64,000 nucleotides of DNA from Lingula anatina (lineage: Eukaryota; Animalia; Brachiopoda), in assembly GCA_051362555.1 (NCBI GenBank), contig CM120640.1, forward strand, positions 34,429,967 to 34,493,966, read 5' to 3'. This document shows, piece after piece, positions 37,701 through 52,400 of this stretch. How positions within the stretch are numbered: the first letter of the stretch is position 1; every line of letters starts with the position of its first letter. The translations under genes and the position numbers were made by a program. The notes beneath the pieces were generated by a model. It saw only the letters and a list, made by a program, of their open reading frames with translations. It was not told the origin of the DNA and made no database searches.

Positions 37701-39507
37701 ACCTGTTATCATTGAAAAAATCTGTTAAGTTAAAAGTATACATCTTTTGCTTATAGTTTATATTTCATCTTTCTTACTAAAAAATGGTTTACCTTAAGGA
37801 ATAGGTTCTTTTATTCCTATGGCCTTATTAACTCGGGGGTCTCCTTTTGTAGAATAAACATCAATTGCAAAACTATTGAAAAATCTTGCATATTAATAAT
37901 CAGATATTGATAAGAAAGGGCTAAAATTACGATTCTTGGAACAAGTCATATCTGTTATACTAAAAATCTCTAGTAATCTCATTCACTGTATGTAATAATG
38001 TGCTATCGCCTCATGTTATCCTTTGGCTATGATTGCAACTCAACATATGTCAAATCAATAAATGAAGTACAGATTATCTGACAAGATAATCTGATAAGAT
38101 CAAGTTGATCCCATTGTCTTTGCAAAAATCCATCAGAATTGCAGATACATTCTCAGAAAATCCCAAAAAAGATTTTCAAGGAATCCCAACCACACAAAGA
38201 AATACTTTAGCAAAAGAGGTCTGAAAATATACAGCTTGGATAGTCATTACTACAATGAAGGTATGTGTTTGTTTGTTTAACCTGCTCTAGTGAAAGCAGG
38301 GTGACTCAAATACACCTGGTATGCCAGGGGAAAAGGGTTTTTCCAAAAAAACAACCACTCACTCATTCAAAGAAAGAAGCAATATTTTTTTTTATAATTT
38401 TCAGTACCCTTTTCAAAAAATCATGTTGACAACAAAGAACCAGAAAAGGTACATGACAGGTAGTCATTAAGACATTTTATACTTATATAATAACACAGTC
38501 TTAATCTGATTTATCTAAAAAACCAGTTCTACAATGCAAGATGTACATAGCTTAACACAAACATGAGCCTAGGTTTAAAAAAAAACTCTGAACATATATC
38601 ATGGGACCCAACACCTAACCTTGACGAATCTCAGGGATCAGAATTGAATTTAAAAAACGCGGAATTCCGACTCCACTTTTCCACGGAAAAAGCTCATGTC
38701 TGTTAACACGACTGGATATAACTGTAAATATTAACTGAAGTGCTGAGAAATCAGATAAAATGCCATGTAACTGGCAACTCTGAATATCATAAAAATTGAC
38801 ATAGGTCATTAACAGGGCTATAAAAAATACTTGTACCTGCATAGAAAACAGCTGCAGCTCATCAAATAACTCTAATACTATATTTACACACATACCATCT
38901 GTTTATGATGCACCCATATTTCCAGCAATTGAACAGTGACCATAACCTTGTAGGAGCAGTCCCCTGCCAACAGTCCTACTACTGAATCTGTCACAGGTTT
39001 TTCCACAAATAAATAAAGAAATTAGCCTAGGATGGATTGAGCCACACCACAACTCTTTTCACTAGTGTTACAGAAACTGACAAATTCATAAACCTCAGAA
39101 GCAAAGTATCAGTCTTGGGTTTAAATACCTTTCTGCATCTGTTCATAGCAGAATTAATTTTTTGTCAATTTCTGATTTTCTATTATCTTTTTCTTTCATT
39201 TTTCTTTCATTTTCATAGGCAAGGGTACAAGTTATAAATAAGAAATTGTGCTGCATTTGGTACCACTTTCAGTACCAAATTCAACAGTGACACAGACACT
39301 TCCAAACCCACCTCTGTACCCTGGTGTGAATTCCTTCATCGCACTCGGCATGGTCTTATAGAAATGATGTTCCCTGGCAATAAGTGGTTTACATAGAGTT
39401 GTATCGTCAAACTTCAGCACACTGCTGGTTCCGCCCACCTGGTGAACATAAGGTTCCAGTGGCACCGGCTCCCAAATCTCCTTTACATCCATGATTCCTT
39501 CAGGCAT
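34735..39507 (-). CDS. IP6K: Inositol hexakisphosphate kinase (about 476 aa, 5 coding exons)
   Basis: Exons 39507-39312, 37702-37474, 36941-36775, 35884-35709 and 35397-34735 splice into a 1431-nt open frame. Motifs [40 protein letters not shown] (PxxxDxKxG), [15 protein letters not shown] and [13 protein letters not shown]. Confidence 0.96.
35885..36774 (-). other. U12-type (minor spliceosome) GT-AG intron of IP6K
   Basis: Donor GTATCCTTAT. Branch sequence ACCTTAAC lies about 10 nt before the CAG acceptor, and there is no polypyrimidine tract. The phase-1 junction restores the frame (TF-K-FILLEN). Confidence 0.88.
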
Positions 39508-40142
39508 TGGGGCCCACTGTGAAATAAATAAATATAACAGAATAAATAATTATAATCAATTAATGAAATAAAATAAGAAAAATACTGTTAGTTAACTATG
39601 ACCATGACAACAACAATTTGCAAAGAACCTTAAATTGACAAACAAATTCACACACTATTAAGAATCCCCTTAATTTAGTCAGGTATGATACAATGCTATA
39701 CACGACATAACCCAACTACATGGACCTCACCAAACTAAGCTTCAATCACTTGACTACATACAAAGGGGTACACAAGAATAAGCGAGGGGGGACAAGACAT
39801 GACAATACAACACATGACAAATATATAAACAAAATTGTATGTTGACTGTGAAGTGTCAACAAAATTAAAACCAATTGTTTAGAAAATTTTGAGAACCCAA
39901 ACATAATATCTAGTGCTTCTGTTCACTTTCACTGTGAAACATCCAAGTGAAAATGTTGACCCGACTTCACTCAATTGATATCAACTTGTGGAACCAGTCT
40001 TCCAAAAAATGTATTTCTGGCTATCACTTAACCCACTTTTGTAGCCATTAACCGAACTTTCCTACTATGAATTGTACTTGTTGAACTCTCAGTGGCAATG
40101 GTTTCAACATGCCACAAAAGTAATGAGTGCTTTCTAAGATTG

Positions 40143-40341
40143 TATTCCCACAGATTTTTAGATTGATCAATCGGGGAGTCTCACTAGATTGCTATCACCT
40201 TAGCCGGCTTAAATGTCTGTCCTGCCTACTAAAAGCTGTAAGGCGGTAATTAACTTTCGTGTGCGCTCGACTGACAGCAATTTAGCGTGAACCCCCAGGG
40301 AGTTAGGTCGATCCAGATGGATCGATCTAAATCTGTGGGAA
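40143..40341. mobile_element. About 200-bp MITE (TIR TTCCC..CAGATTTTAGAT) upstream of the first IP6K coding exon
   Basis: ttccccacagatttttagattgat ... atcgatctaaatctgtgggaa. Closely similar to 54632-54848. Confidence 0.75.
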
Positions 40342-41277
40342 CCCAGTCTAAGATACTTTTTCTCCATCATCTCATCTAGGCAAATAAACAGGTCCTCCAC
40401 TATAGTAAGATTTAAAATGGTGATATTAACTGGTGGGAATACAAATCTAGTGAGTACTTCTTTGAGTTTCCTAGCACATAAATCTTAGGAACATAATAAC
40501 ATTAAAGGTTACTACTTAAGACATATATGCCATCTTACTGACAATCAATGCATTATCTCTATAAGGGGTGTTTCACTACTGTTCTATGACATTTGCAAAG
40601 AAAAAAATAAAGGGAACAGATGAGTCATATGCGTAAATTGTGCTTCTTAAGCCAGATCCTATCCCTGGCATACCAAACTTGTCTCTGCCCCCACTGCCCC
40701 AACCCCTCAAGGTGTTCTATTAATACGAAAACCATGTTACCAGGTGGGAAATACCTGTCAGAAACTACTGGAAGCTGTTTCATTCATTCCACAAACATCC
40801 AGAGTAAGCTACGTACACGTAGGTATTTGAACTAAAAGACGCAATCAAGGATTGCTCATCTCATGCTTGAATATTTTATGTTACAAATATAACAGAGTGA
40901 AGGTTTACCCATTCAATCCCAGTGAATATATTGTTCAGTTGTTCAATTTCTTTTTTATTTTAAAGCCTGAGGAAAATGAATGGCTTATGGACATGTATGT
41001 TACCATTGCTGACAAAAACCATGGTGAATTCTGCTATACTCTTGGCTCATGTAAAAATCTACTACTACTTTGTCTCCCAATAACATTGTTCTGAAACTGT
41101 TCACATCTTTTATTTGCACTCAAACTGAAGTCTGTGTATATTACTGGTAATTGCTTCGCAACTAGCAACAGAGTATTTATTTCCCCCAAGTAGAATCTTA
41201 ATAAGAAAAATACATAATATACTCCAATTACGACTTTATAACAAAGAGGGCATTCAGAAAAAGTACAGTAGTTCCAT

Positions 41278-41499
41278 GAACTAACACATCCATGGATCAA
41301 ATATGGCCCACCCACTTAAAAGCAATCCCAACTTATGCCCTGATGGTCTTCCCGCCTCCACACGCACCGTCCTAGTAATTAAACCTTGGAGCCCATATTT
41401 AATCCGTTTATTGGCACCTATGGAGGCGAGGGGTTCAAAGGATTAGGTGGCTTGCTTTTAAGTGGGTTTGGCCACATTTAGTCCATAGATCAGTTAGTC
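41278..41499. repeat. Degenerate foldback element
   Basis: The arms ccatggatcaaatatggcccacccacttaaaagcaa and ttgcttttaagtgggtttggccacatttagtccatagat are imperfect reverse complements. Confidence 0.6.
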
Positions 41500-42380
41500 A
41501 AGAGATCATCTGTTCTGAATGCAAACATATGCATCCATACAGACCCTACCTCATCATTGCTTCCTTTGAAATAGACCTAAAACATACCGAGTTAAAAATG
41601 TTCCCACATAGTTGTAAACAAAACTTGTTTATAGCTCATGCTTTAAAAATAATGGCCCTTGGGTTATCACTCCTGGCTTATCAAGCTTAAAATACTCTAT
41701 CTGACCTTCATGTCAAAGGGACCTTAGGCATAAACAAATATGACCTATTTCAAGTTTATGAGACTGAAACACAGATATGATACTGGCTTCCTAGAATACC
41801 ACATGCCTTTCAAAAGGGCAACAAGCAATCCTTAGCTATCTGTGTGTGCTACTCCTGAGCTTCAGCCAGAATTTCACATTTTACCAAAAGATGAGCATCA
41901 TAAGGTCTTCTTTTTAAACGAACAGAAAGAAAACATCTTATCACTATTTTGAAAAAAAAAAGAAGTTTTCTGGCAAGGCAAAATAATTCAAGCTTGCTTA
42001 ACCAAAGCAATACAACTGTGTCTCAATTCATCAGCCATGTTCAGCCTGCAAGTATTGATCGTTTGACAGCATTTCAACCAGCTTCAGCTGTTGCATCACT
42101 TTACAAAGGAGAACTGCAGATCAATATACTGTTCATCCATAGGCAAATATTTATATATATGTGCACCAAGTAATGATTTTTAACAGCAGGTGTAGGTGGA
42201 TTATAACCCTAGCATTATAGGTCATTTTTCTCTTAGATTTCTCCATACTTGGATGCATTATGTGTACAGCACTTTCGTAAAATTTGGAAAATGGCATCAT
42301 CTGTTGTTCAAGTACCAACAAACCATCAATATGGCCATCAATGAACAACATGAAATCCAGATGATTATGTGAACCTAGAA

Positions 42381-42540
42381 TGGGGTAGTGCTAGCAATTT
42401 TTTTCGCTTAGCCAAATTTGTCAATTTGTTATCCATATGGTTTAAATTTGACTAAAATTAGTCAAATCAAGTCCTTTTTATTTAGCCAATTTAAGTCAGT
42501 TTTAGCATTTGGCTAAATTGGCTTGTGTTAGTGCTACCCA
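42381..42540. mobile_element. Short TIR element
   Basis: gggtagtgctagc...ttagccaaat at the left and atttggctaa...gttagtgctaccc at the right. Confidence 0.5.
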
Positions 42541-43892
42541 AGATAGACCATCTGAACATGAATAAAGAATTTAGAAAGGTGTCATTGGAATTGCTCTAAT
42601 AATGAAAAGACATTTAATCATAACTTTTCCACAGCCAAATTGTGATAGCCCTACTTGGAATCCTAAATATATCATGTGATTGAACATTTTCTCATTTCAA
42701 AGATAGCTAGAGGGTACAAGTACCTTGTATTGTTGATACTTTTCAACAGCTGACATAATGAAATTATTCAGCAGGGTTTACTCTGTCATAAGACCTTGAG
42801 AAAGTCAGATGACAGATAGTGACACAGGGCAGTCATGATATACCTATGACTGAAAATAATACAGTGCATGTAGATTTAGCTATCAAATGTGCAGTCACAA
42901 GACAAAATATAAACATGTTATCAATCAGACATCTTTCTTGGGTGTCATATTCCACAAGCTATGGCTGACAAAACTGACAACTGTTGTGCCTCAAAACATC
43001 CATGCCACTGATGCCTTCACTGAATATTTCAGTAAGTTCACTGAACTGCAGTTTGAAACTCAAATAGTATGACTCCAACTTCTTCCGTGAAAACCCTTTC
43101 ACCTAAAAACCTGGAACCCCAACCAATATACAGTATAACTGCACATATTACAATTTGATTTTTCCACAAATATCCTAGCAATTGTGGTGTGGATTTTTTT
43201 AAAATCTTCTTTTCATTTAAAGTGTCTCATGAAATGACGATGGAAAAGCAAATGAGACATGCGTTATAAATTTCTGATCCTATCATTTGACAAACAGTGA
43301 CACTGCGCTCTCAGTTCTATCAGATGACTATCATCTGTGCCAGCCGAAATTTGCTTCACTGTGCCAGCGACTGTTATTTCATTTCGGAAACGAAGGGCTA
43401 CTGATCTAATCCTCAATTTCTATCACTTATGAAAAGGCTGAAATGTTAAAATACTTATTTACAGTATTAAACTGTATATTCCTCAATACCTAATAGAGTG
43501 ATAATATGATATCTTTTTCTTTTCCTCAGAAAACAACTAAATGCTGTCATAGTATAAGTAACCGTAAACTGCTGTCAGTGTAATAATCAATAAACGTATA
43601 CCGAAAGAACAACAAATAATTTCTAGAAGCTTACTGAAGACACTTACTAACCTCATTCGTCGTACTACATGAAATCCCGAGATTATCTCTATCTTACAGT
43701 ACAAGATTAGATTGAGACGCAAGGACGGTAGTAAAGACTAAACATGTACGTATCGGAACCTCTTTCAGAGGGATAAATATTTTTTTCAACAGGCGTTAAT
43801 GAACTCGAAGTGATTATATTTTTGTGTGGATGACAACTGTATGACAAAGAAAACACAAGTTCCATACTGTCACGTACCTTAATTCGTCTTAC

Positions 43893-43960
43893 CTGATGAT
43901 TAACTCATTAAACGTGTACTTTCTCAGTGGAAAAATACATGGCAGCAGATCACTGCCATC
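43893..43960 (-). other. Putative non-coding first exon of IP6K
   Basis: Strong donor CAG|GTAAGA at 43893/43892. The first coding exon has an acceptor (ttatttcacag at 39517) 9 nt before the ATG, which implies an upstream exon. CCAAT and an E-box lie immediately upstream. The transcription start is not determined. Confidence 0.45.
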
Positions 43961-45889
43961 AATAGATTAATATAGCCAATCATCTCTAAGAACAGAAGGC
44001 ACGTGACATGGCTATGCTGCGTTTCAAAGATAGATGGCAATACCGTCGAGGAACTCAAGATAAACTAGTCGATCAAAGCTTTAAAAGATATTTTTTAAAA
44101 TATATTTACTTTAATTTTCAAAATAGTTTCAGCTCCATCTCAAATAAATTAGTTTATCATTAATTAGTCCATTAATCGATTGTTTAATCAGCCAGTCAGT
44201 TACTCAATGGATGAATGCAGGAGCGGATTTAGTTGGGGAAGGTGGGGGGGTCAGGGGCGTCGCCATTGAGAGGGGGGGGGGGGTCGGCTTCGCATCTGAG
44301 CCCCCCCCCCCCCCCCCCCTTCAAATAATCCTGGATCCTCCCCAGGAATGAGCGGACTCATTTGAATTTTAAAATCAGGGCCAGGAGTGCCAGAAAATAA
44401 CAACAAAACGACGACAACAACAACAATAATTATAATAATAATAAAAGAAAAGAAAACAACAAAAATGTAAAACCAAATGATGGCACATACTTGCACTACA
44501 CACTCTAAACTTAGCCATGCCAATGTTTTGTTTAGCTACGGAGTTAAGTCGGAAACCGATCATTATCTCATACTAATTTGTGCAGTAGCTAAATTGACGC
44601 CGATGAATGATTGGCCATCCTATGTGCAGAAGTGTACGTGTGGGTGATAAGTAAAAACAAAAACTGGAAAAAAGTTTTCACCCTAAAATTGTACGCTTAT
44701 TTTTAATTGCATAAATAATATTAATTAAGATACATGTAAGCAATTTATATTAAAGGAAGAGAAATAGTTATTTTGCCAAATGTGGGCATATAGGCCTATA
44801 ATATATCCAACTACTTAAGCATGATTATAAAATGAATTCACTGTACAATATAGGCTACAATACAATATGTAGCTGGCATGTTAACTGTACCTGTATGAAG
44901 TAAGCAGGGCACGTGTCCTGTCAAAATGTACCCTATGAACCCTATGTCAATGGGGGCGGGGGTCCGCTTTAAATCCGCGGCCTGTCATTCCTAAAAACCG
45001 GACCCCCGTTCAAATAATCCTGGATCCACCCCTGATAGCTGTTACTCAGATGAGTGATCCACCGATAATTGTCAAATGAAAAAAAGTTTCGTTCAAATTA
45101 TTCTCAGAAACTCGAATGTTTACCGGAAAATACAATCAAAACACAAAAAATATAATCAAAACAAAAAATTAAAAATTATACCTTAAATCAAATTACCTCA
45201 ATTATTTTGAAATATTACAAATGGATTTTAAAATTTTATTCTGTGTAGAAATTGAAGCTGTTTTCTACCTTTCAGTATTCAGCGATGTTTCTGTCGATTG
45301 CGCTGATGTGTCAAGATTTTTAACTTTACCATGATAATGCAATATAGTAAGGAGAGGCCAGACCAAATTGATAAGCTGGTTAACGAGCAGTGAATCTCTA
45401 TATACAGGGGCCTTATATTTGTTATTTATTGATTTTTGATAAATAATATAGATAAGCTTTTGGATAGACTGGATTTTTCTTTACTTTCTTTCCCTTTTTT
45501 TATTTAAGTTGGAAGGATATAGGCCTATGTCAAATTCACATTATGAGCATAAAATAACAAGTGTTATTTTTCCTGGGGTCAGTTATAAAATTTCCCACTT
45601 ACCAAACAAATGCATTTAACATGTAAAAAAAAAGACATTTGTAAAACCAAAGATCGGTCGTAATGTTTTACCAACTTTAATGTAGATTTTTTAACTGAAC
45701 TAAACTGCTCAGTGCGGTTGTGATGTCCTTGGTGCAGGTATCGTTTCGCAACTACTGCATTTACTGGAGATAGTTTGCGCACAACGAAGTGATTTGTATT
45801 TCACGATTTATACTTCCCCTATCAAGAAAAAATGAGGCATCATTCATTGATTTATGTGTATATTATATTTTTTGTTATTTCGCTTACAG
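43960..45889. promoter_or_regulatory. Divergent promoter interval between IP6K and DIPP
   Basis: Lies between the oppositely oriented 5' ends. Contains CCAAT at 43976, CACGTG at 44000 and 44910, ATTGG at 44610, and no coding sequence. Confidence 0.5.
44218..44345. mobile_element. MITE of the CAGGRGCGGAT family with 5-bp target duplication
   Basis: gaatg|caggagcggattt ... ggatcctccccag|gaatg, with internal G and C runs. Confidence 0.7.
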
Positions 45890-46073
45890 ATCTGACACGA
45901 TCTACCACATTTAGAAGAATTTCGCCAGTTATGGATGTTCGTCTTTCATAGGAAGTTTACGCGCGCGTTAGTAACGAAACAACAATCGACATGGTGATGA
46001 TGGCTGAGACAAGTATGTGAAAAAACTCCTTGCATCTCTTTGTGGTTCATCACTGACACATCACATAATCTGC

Positions 46074-46449
46074 ATGTCCAACGCAGCGATGGTCAAGGAG
46101 AAACCTAATTCCATAAGAACATATGATGAAGATGGTTTTAGACGACGCGGCGCCTGTGTTTGCTTTAAGGACGAAAGCGAGGAAGAGGTGAGAAAATAAG
46201 TTGAGAAAATCAGCCAAGCTTAGGTCAGCTTATTTTATTCTTTAATTTTGATAACATTAATGGTTTGTGAGTTTGTTAAACGACTGGAATGTCTAGCTCT
46301 TTAATGGATGACCAAACTGATTTACACGCTGTTCTTTATATGTGGTATTGAATTCATGATCGTAATTTGTATCGTCTCTCACTAACTTTAAATCTGAAGT
46401 GCTATCATGTAAGATCATGATGTTTTACATAATCGCTTTCCCTCTCTCA

Positions 46450-46481
<32 letters not shown>

Positions 46482-49400
46482 TGCGCACACACGCACACAC
46501 GCACACACACTTAAGTGTTGGTTACATAACAACATTTATCTTTCAATGACAAAATGCTTGTCATATTATATGGGTACTCTAAACCCCCTTTACACTGGAT
46601 GGTGTCATTTCTGCATCCTTTGTGCATCCATGAAACTGGCATCGCTGTGGTCGTAGAAAGGAGGCAAAAGCATTGCTTTTGTTGCAGAATGAATGCTCAT
46701 TGATTGACAAGTTGTTTGCTTGTAAAATATTTTTTTACTCTCAAATGCGGCCATACTACGGGATGCAGAAAGGATGCTGTCCATTGTAAGGGGGGCTATA
46801 CTGAAATAAGGAATATCTGTTTTATATTGATTAGATATACCCCCTAAATTTAAATGGAAGTAGATAATACACATTCCTTACCCTCTACCAGGCCCACAGA
46901 TTGATTTTTCACTAGATATTAACAGATATGTCTCTGGTTAAATTCATGACTAAGATAAACACATTTGGCACGATCAGATTTCATTTATATTTATAAAGTT
47001 CTTTAGAATTATTGCAGTGAATTACATCATTATATTGTCATGAAGGATAGTGCCGTCTGTATATAAATGTATATTGTTTTTTTGGCTTGAACACACTTAA
47101 TTTAATTTCCAACTGACGCTGATTTGTGAAGATATTCTGATATCAGTGATATGAAAAATTTATTGTCATTTACTCAGTAAGTGCTTTCACCCATCACAAT
47201 CTTAATCCTGAATAGTTAAAGGTATCCAAAAGTTGTTTTAGATGTATCATATTTTTTCTCAAACAAAAACCAATTCAAGTATATAAATTTTATTTTATTT
47301 TTAATTAAAAGATTTTAGGGAAATGCCAACATGCGAGTATGTAAGAAGGCACATGCAGGTACACATACACACACATGCATATGCACACACACACACACAT
47401 ACACACACCCTGGTGTTGGTATTATGATAGGTTGCCTATTTATGTGGAGGTGTAGCAGAGGTTGACAAACTCTTATGAGTATGATGGCATTATCTTGCTT
47501 TGTTGAGGCCCAAAGAATTTTATGCAGACTTCACAAAAAGTTGTATTAGAGTCAATGCTTATACTAGGTTTATATTTTCTATAACTAGTAATTGAATATT
47601 TTGCCAACTACAGTGTGATCTGCAGCTTTGTAGGCTATTTATGTGGTTACAAACATACAGATGATACTGGATGGATCGACACTTAAAGTTATAGATCTAC
47701 TTTGTAGATTTCTTTTCTCTTAGTCACTAGATAAATTTAAGTATGTTAAACATTCCAAAAAGTGCTTAATTTGCATCCTTGGAAGTTGGTGTAGTACTTT
47801 ACCAAAAATGCCTCCTGCCTCAATGGTGCCAAGGATTTTTGAAAGATACTAGCTTGCCTGGTTGGTGTTCTACCTGGCTACAGTGCTATTTAAAAGGGGT
47901 TTCCACATACAGGGATGAAAAATGTTTTAGCTCCAAAGGGATAAACTGGTGAGAATACATACCCATAAAATTGAATCCAGAACTCCAATATATGTTAAAG
48001 TGCATGGAATATCTAGATTTACAGTGACAGAAGTTGAAAAATCACTGAATTTTGAATAAAATATTCAGTCTGAATGCCATTAACAGCCAGTATAGTTTAT
48101 CTTTAGTGCAATTTCATTTTCATTAACAAAACATGAATGTTTCTGAGTTGGATCATATTTTGGAAGCCATCTACACCACCTGGCCTATATCCCTGGAGTG
48201 GCTATTGATTAAAAATTAAATTTGTTAATATCTAGGAGACAGAAATTATTGAAAATTCGAAATGCATCTCATGTGATTAAAATGATAGGATGTCAAGGAT
48301 AAAAGGTTGCTGTAACACACAAAAATGCTGACTGGTCATAATTTTGAATTCAAAAGAAAAGAGAGAGAGTTGGAAAGAAGCCAGGCAGAGAGAAAAATCT
48401 TGAAACGATGAAGAATAGAAACAAAATAATCACAAAATTTGATCAGGTCATGGATTTGCAAGCCTTCATTAGAAAACTCCACGCAGTCTGATTTACCAAT
48501 ACTTTGGTCTAGATATAACCAGTAATTAAGCAATTTTAGAAAGTATTACATGGTGGTATTCGGTGCAATATTAATATTCAATGTGATTATACAATTCTGT
48601 TGTGAACAACAGTTATAATGAAACTATTAAAGTACTCAAGACTAGCAGCACAGGTAGTCTGACAGGTGTGTGATATTGTTTAGCAGGGGAAAACAATTCT
48701 GTATGTATATATATATATGCCTTGAGCATCAATCTTTGACAGGCATATGAAGACATTATTATAGAGCTGTGCAGGTTGTTGTAAATCAACCATATCCCAG
48801 GTTATTTAGTGTCTAATATATAACATCATACAGCCCTTCATATATATTTGCTGCTGAAGTGATATGCCAAAGGGCATCTATATGTTTGTCAATGTTCTAA
48901 ACAAAGCAAAATGAGCCCTTGGGTCTGTAATGTAGTGTATTGTAATGCACTGTTATGTAATGCAATGAAAGACATGTCAGTTCTACTTTTAAAAATTGAC
49001 ATAATTTTTAACACTGGCAGTTTGATTTTTTTTCATTTCAAAAATTTATGTGGTGCAGGTATTTTGTTAGACATTTAACCTTCCTTAAGGGAGGCACACC
49101 TGTGTTCCAGATTTATTTGGCAACTTTCAGCATGTTTAAATGCCACTGACCGCTTATAAGTAAAGTTGTACCGAATGATTACATAGTAAATTTTTATCAG
49201 ACCCGAGATAAAAGATTTGGCTAATGTCAGACTTAAAAGTTTACGTATCACTGGGAGAAGTTCCAATTGAACAGAAAGTCCCTGGTTCTCTTCACCAATC
49301 TGGATTTTGCAGTATTGTTTCCACTGATTCATGATTTATGCAATGCCTTATGGGAAAATCCTTTTAATTGTACATGTATGAAGGAGTCTATGGGCGTATT

Positions 49401-52400
49401 GACGTTAAGATGAGACATATTCAAGTTCATTTCCGACAAAGTCAAAATGTGGTGTGATGCCTGAATTATCAAATTGATTTTTATGTTTTTGTAACAACAT
49501 GTATATGTGTTACAGTCAACTTTTGTCTGATAGGTTATTATTATAGACCAAACATAAAGTTACATAATCAGCATGCCAGTGTGTTACACACATCTTATAT
49601 ATGCTTTCTGAAATTATTTAATTTGACTGGAAAATGGACTAATTTATGCCTGATTGACTTCGAACACCATGTTAAGCAATCTGGTCATCTGATGATGTCG
49701 ATTAAACTATTTCAGTTTAGGTTGGTACACCTTTAAACACTTCTAGACCATCTTTCTACCCATATTAATAAAATGGCAGATGAAGGTCTTTCTATTGTGT
49801 GCCCATGCTATAGTAATCTGTTTATAAACATAAATGAAGCCACTGGTATAGAGGCACAATTTTTACTAGACTGCAACTGGCTAAAGCCAGTGGCGGAGGA
49901 TTCCCCTGCAAAATAGGCGTGGAAATGCTCTTACAAGGTCATGTGAAGGTCACGGGTTAAATTTGATCCCATATTCTGAAAGAGCATGTGCGAATTGGGG
50001 GGGGGGGGGGGGGGGGGTCAACAAAACATCACTTTTAGCCCACGTCAATAATTCTCCATGAAATAGCCAAATGACCTTGAAAATGAGGGTCAAGGTCAAA
50101 TTTGACATTTGATTTGGGGGTTTTGGTATATATGTTTGGGGTAGTTTACTATAGCATGCTATGATGACCAAAAACCAGTGTTTCATGGAGAAATTGCCAA
50201 ACTCAAGATTTCTGCAATGTCATAAATATTTAAAAATCTATATTAAAAAAAGTAATTAAGCAGTCGCTACCAAAGTACGGCTATCCTTAGATATATATAT
50301 AGGGCATCATTTGCCACTATGATTGGGGCTCTGGGCCTTCCGGTTCTTGAGATCTCGGAAACAAACCTTTTTTGAGCCCGTTTGCCCATTAGCGACCTAG
50401 ACCTTGACCTACTTGCATAAAAGTAGGTCATTATCTGTGGATTTACCTCAGTATCACTGGCCGTAAGGCTCTTAGCCATATGGCTTATACTTTAGGCCTA
50501 ATGGCAATTTCAAATTTTACAATTTTTGCCTTTAAAAGCCCCTGTGACCTTGAAAAGTAGGTCAAGGTCACTGAAACTGGTTCTGTGGCATATTCTGACC
50601 ATAGGCTACCTATGATAATTATTTCAGATTTTTTGCGAAAAAAAACGCGCGGAAAGAATAATAATAATACAACCAAAAACAATAGTATTCCCCTATGGGG
50701 AATCCTAATTATAGTTGCTCGCATGTAGAAATGGAGAAATTAACATCCACTGTACCTGTCTTTTGTAATTGAGTTCTGGCAGGTTAATTCTTACTTAGGT
50801 CAAGAGAAAGCAACAAGCTGTACGTGGTACGTAAGCATGAAGAAAATAAAACCAATAAAAGAGATTATAATACAATAATTAAAGAAATCAACCACATTTC
50901 CTAAGTAGTTTTCTATGAAACATGAAACTAAACCAGCCCACAACTGTGATGGCATACTTTTACAAGACAAAACTGTGCAGTTTATAATGGACTTAGTAAA
51001 CTGTCTGGTGAGCATGCTCGTGGAGTATTTATTCAGCAAAGTGCATACTTTGAAGGAGAAGCATTTAGGCAAGCAAGTATGTAGACAGACTCTTTCACTG
51101 TAATCAAATTGTAATGTTTGGGGTTTTTTTTCTTGAGAAAGACATTAAGATGTGTAAAATTAAATAAGAAGGAAGATTAAAAGTTATAAAACCATCAGAG
51201 CTTTGTTGTGAGTCAGTGGACCTCGAAGTTTACACTGAATATACAATAGAAAACTTATTGAGTATACTCTGTTTATTTGAATGAACTCTACACAGGTTAT
51301 TGGCAAATTAAACTTCGTGGTGTTCCACCGTTTCTGAAGTTTATTAAGAGTATTGTTATGTATTTTATTTTCTTGTACACCAAAGAGGGTGTTTACATGC
51401 GTTAGTATTCAGCCCATTCAGACAGCCCCAGAACAGCCGAACGTGGAAGGTTGGAACTGTTCAAAGAGCTCTCTTGTTTAAAACATGATGGATTAGTCGC
51501 TCAAAGGATAAGGCCCATTTATGACGATTTTTATTGAAATTCTGTAGAGGCAGAGTTCCAAAGGCCGCTTTGCTCTAAGATGAAAGTAATTCAAGGTTAC
51601 ATTGTTTTTGCACCAGATTAATTTTGATTTGAAATATGAAGCTACTAACTTTTGAAAATTTTACTGTTCAAGTCAATTTGCTGATGTACAGTCGAGTCTT
51701 ATGTGCATGGTCTTTATTATTCCTACATAAAGACCTTTTTTTCCTAATTGACAGATGTTTATAACCATCACAGTAAGATATAAAAAAATAGAAAATTGAT
51801 CTGTCTTTGGGTGTTTTGTAAATCTGTTTAAATCATCATAGACCGTAACATGTAATCTCACTGTTTGATTTTCTTTTCAGGGATAAAATGCACACATACT
51901 CTTTTCATGTTTTACCACACTCTGAACTGGTATGGCTTCTTGAGGTTACAAAAAAAGCCTGCATGATTTTCACGTAGGTTGCATTGAGAATGGCTTGTTA
52001 TAGTATTAATGCGGTGTAATGCAATAGTACAGTTCAACAGGGAGTGCTGGCCATCTGTCAAAAGGCACAGGGAATTGTGAGAGAACTGTGTGAGGACATG
52101 CAGTGAAAGAAAATGGCATACTAAGTCAAGACAGCACTGAGTTAATGAGATTTCTAGTCACAGCCTCCCCCCCCCTCTTCCCCTTATTCCCCTTCTTGAT
52201 TAACCCATGCCATAAGCTGTAGGTATGCACACAACTTGTTGATGAGTGGAGATGATTCTAAGCTCTGTAGCATCCTTAGCTCACAGGGCTGCATTCCAGT
52301 GAAATCTAGTGAAATCAATAAAGTTCTTATTAGGTCCAATTCAGAATCAGTCTATTTATCTCCTCCAAGTGTTGTTCCAGGTAAATTTTCTTCGCGAGAC

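Noticed and set aside
45738-45889. GTATCGTTT donor as a U12 intron in the DIPP leader
   Set aside because: There is a mismatch in the near-invariant donor core and no CCTTAAC branch; at most it is an unverified U2 intron.
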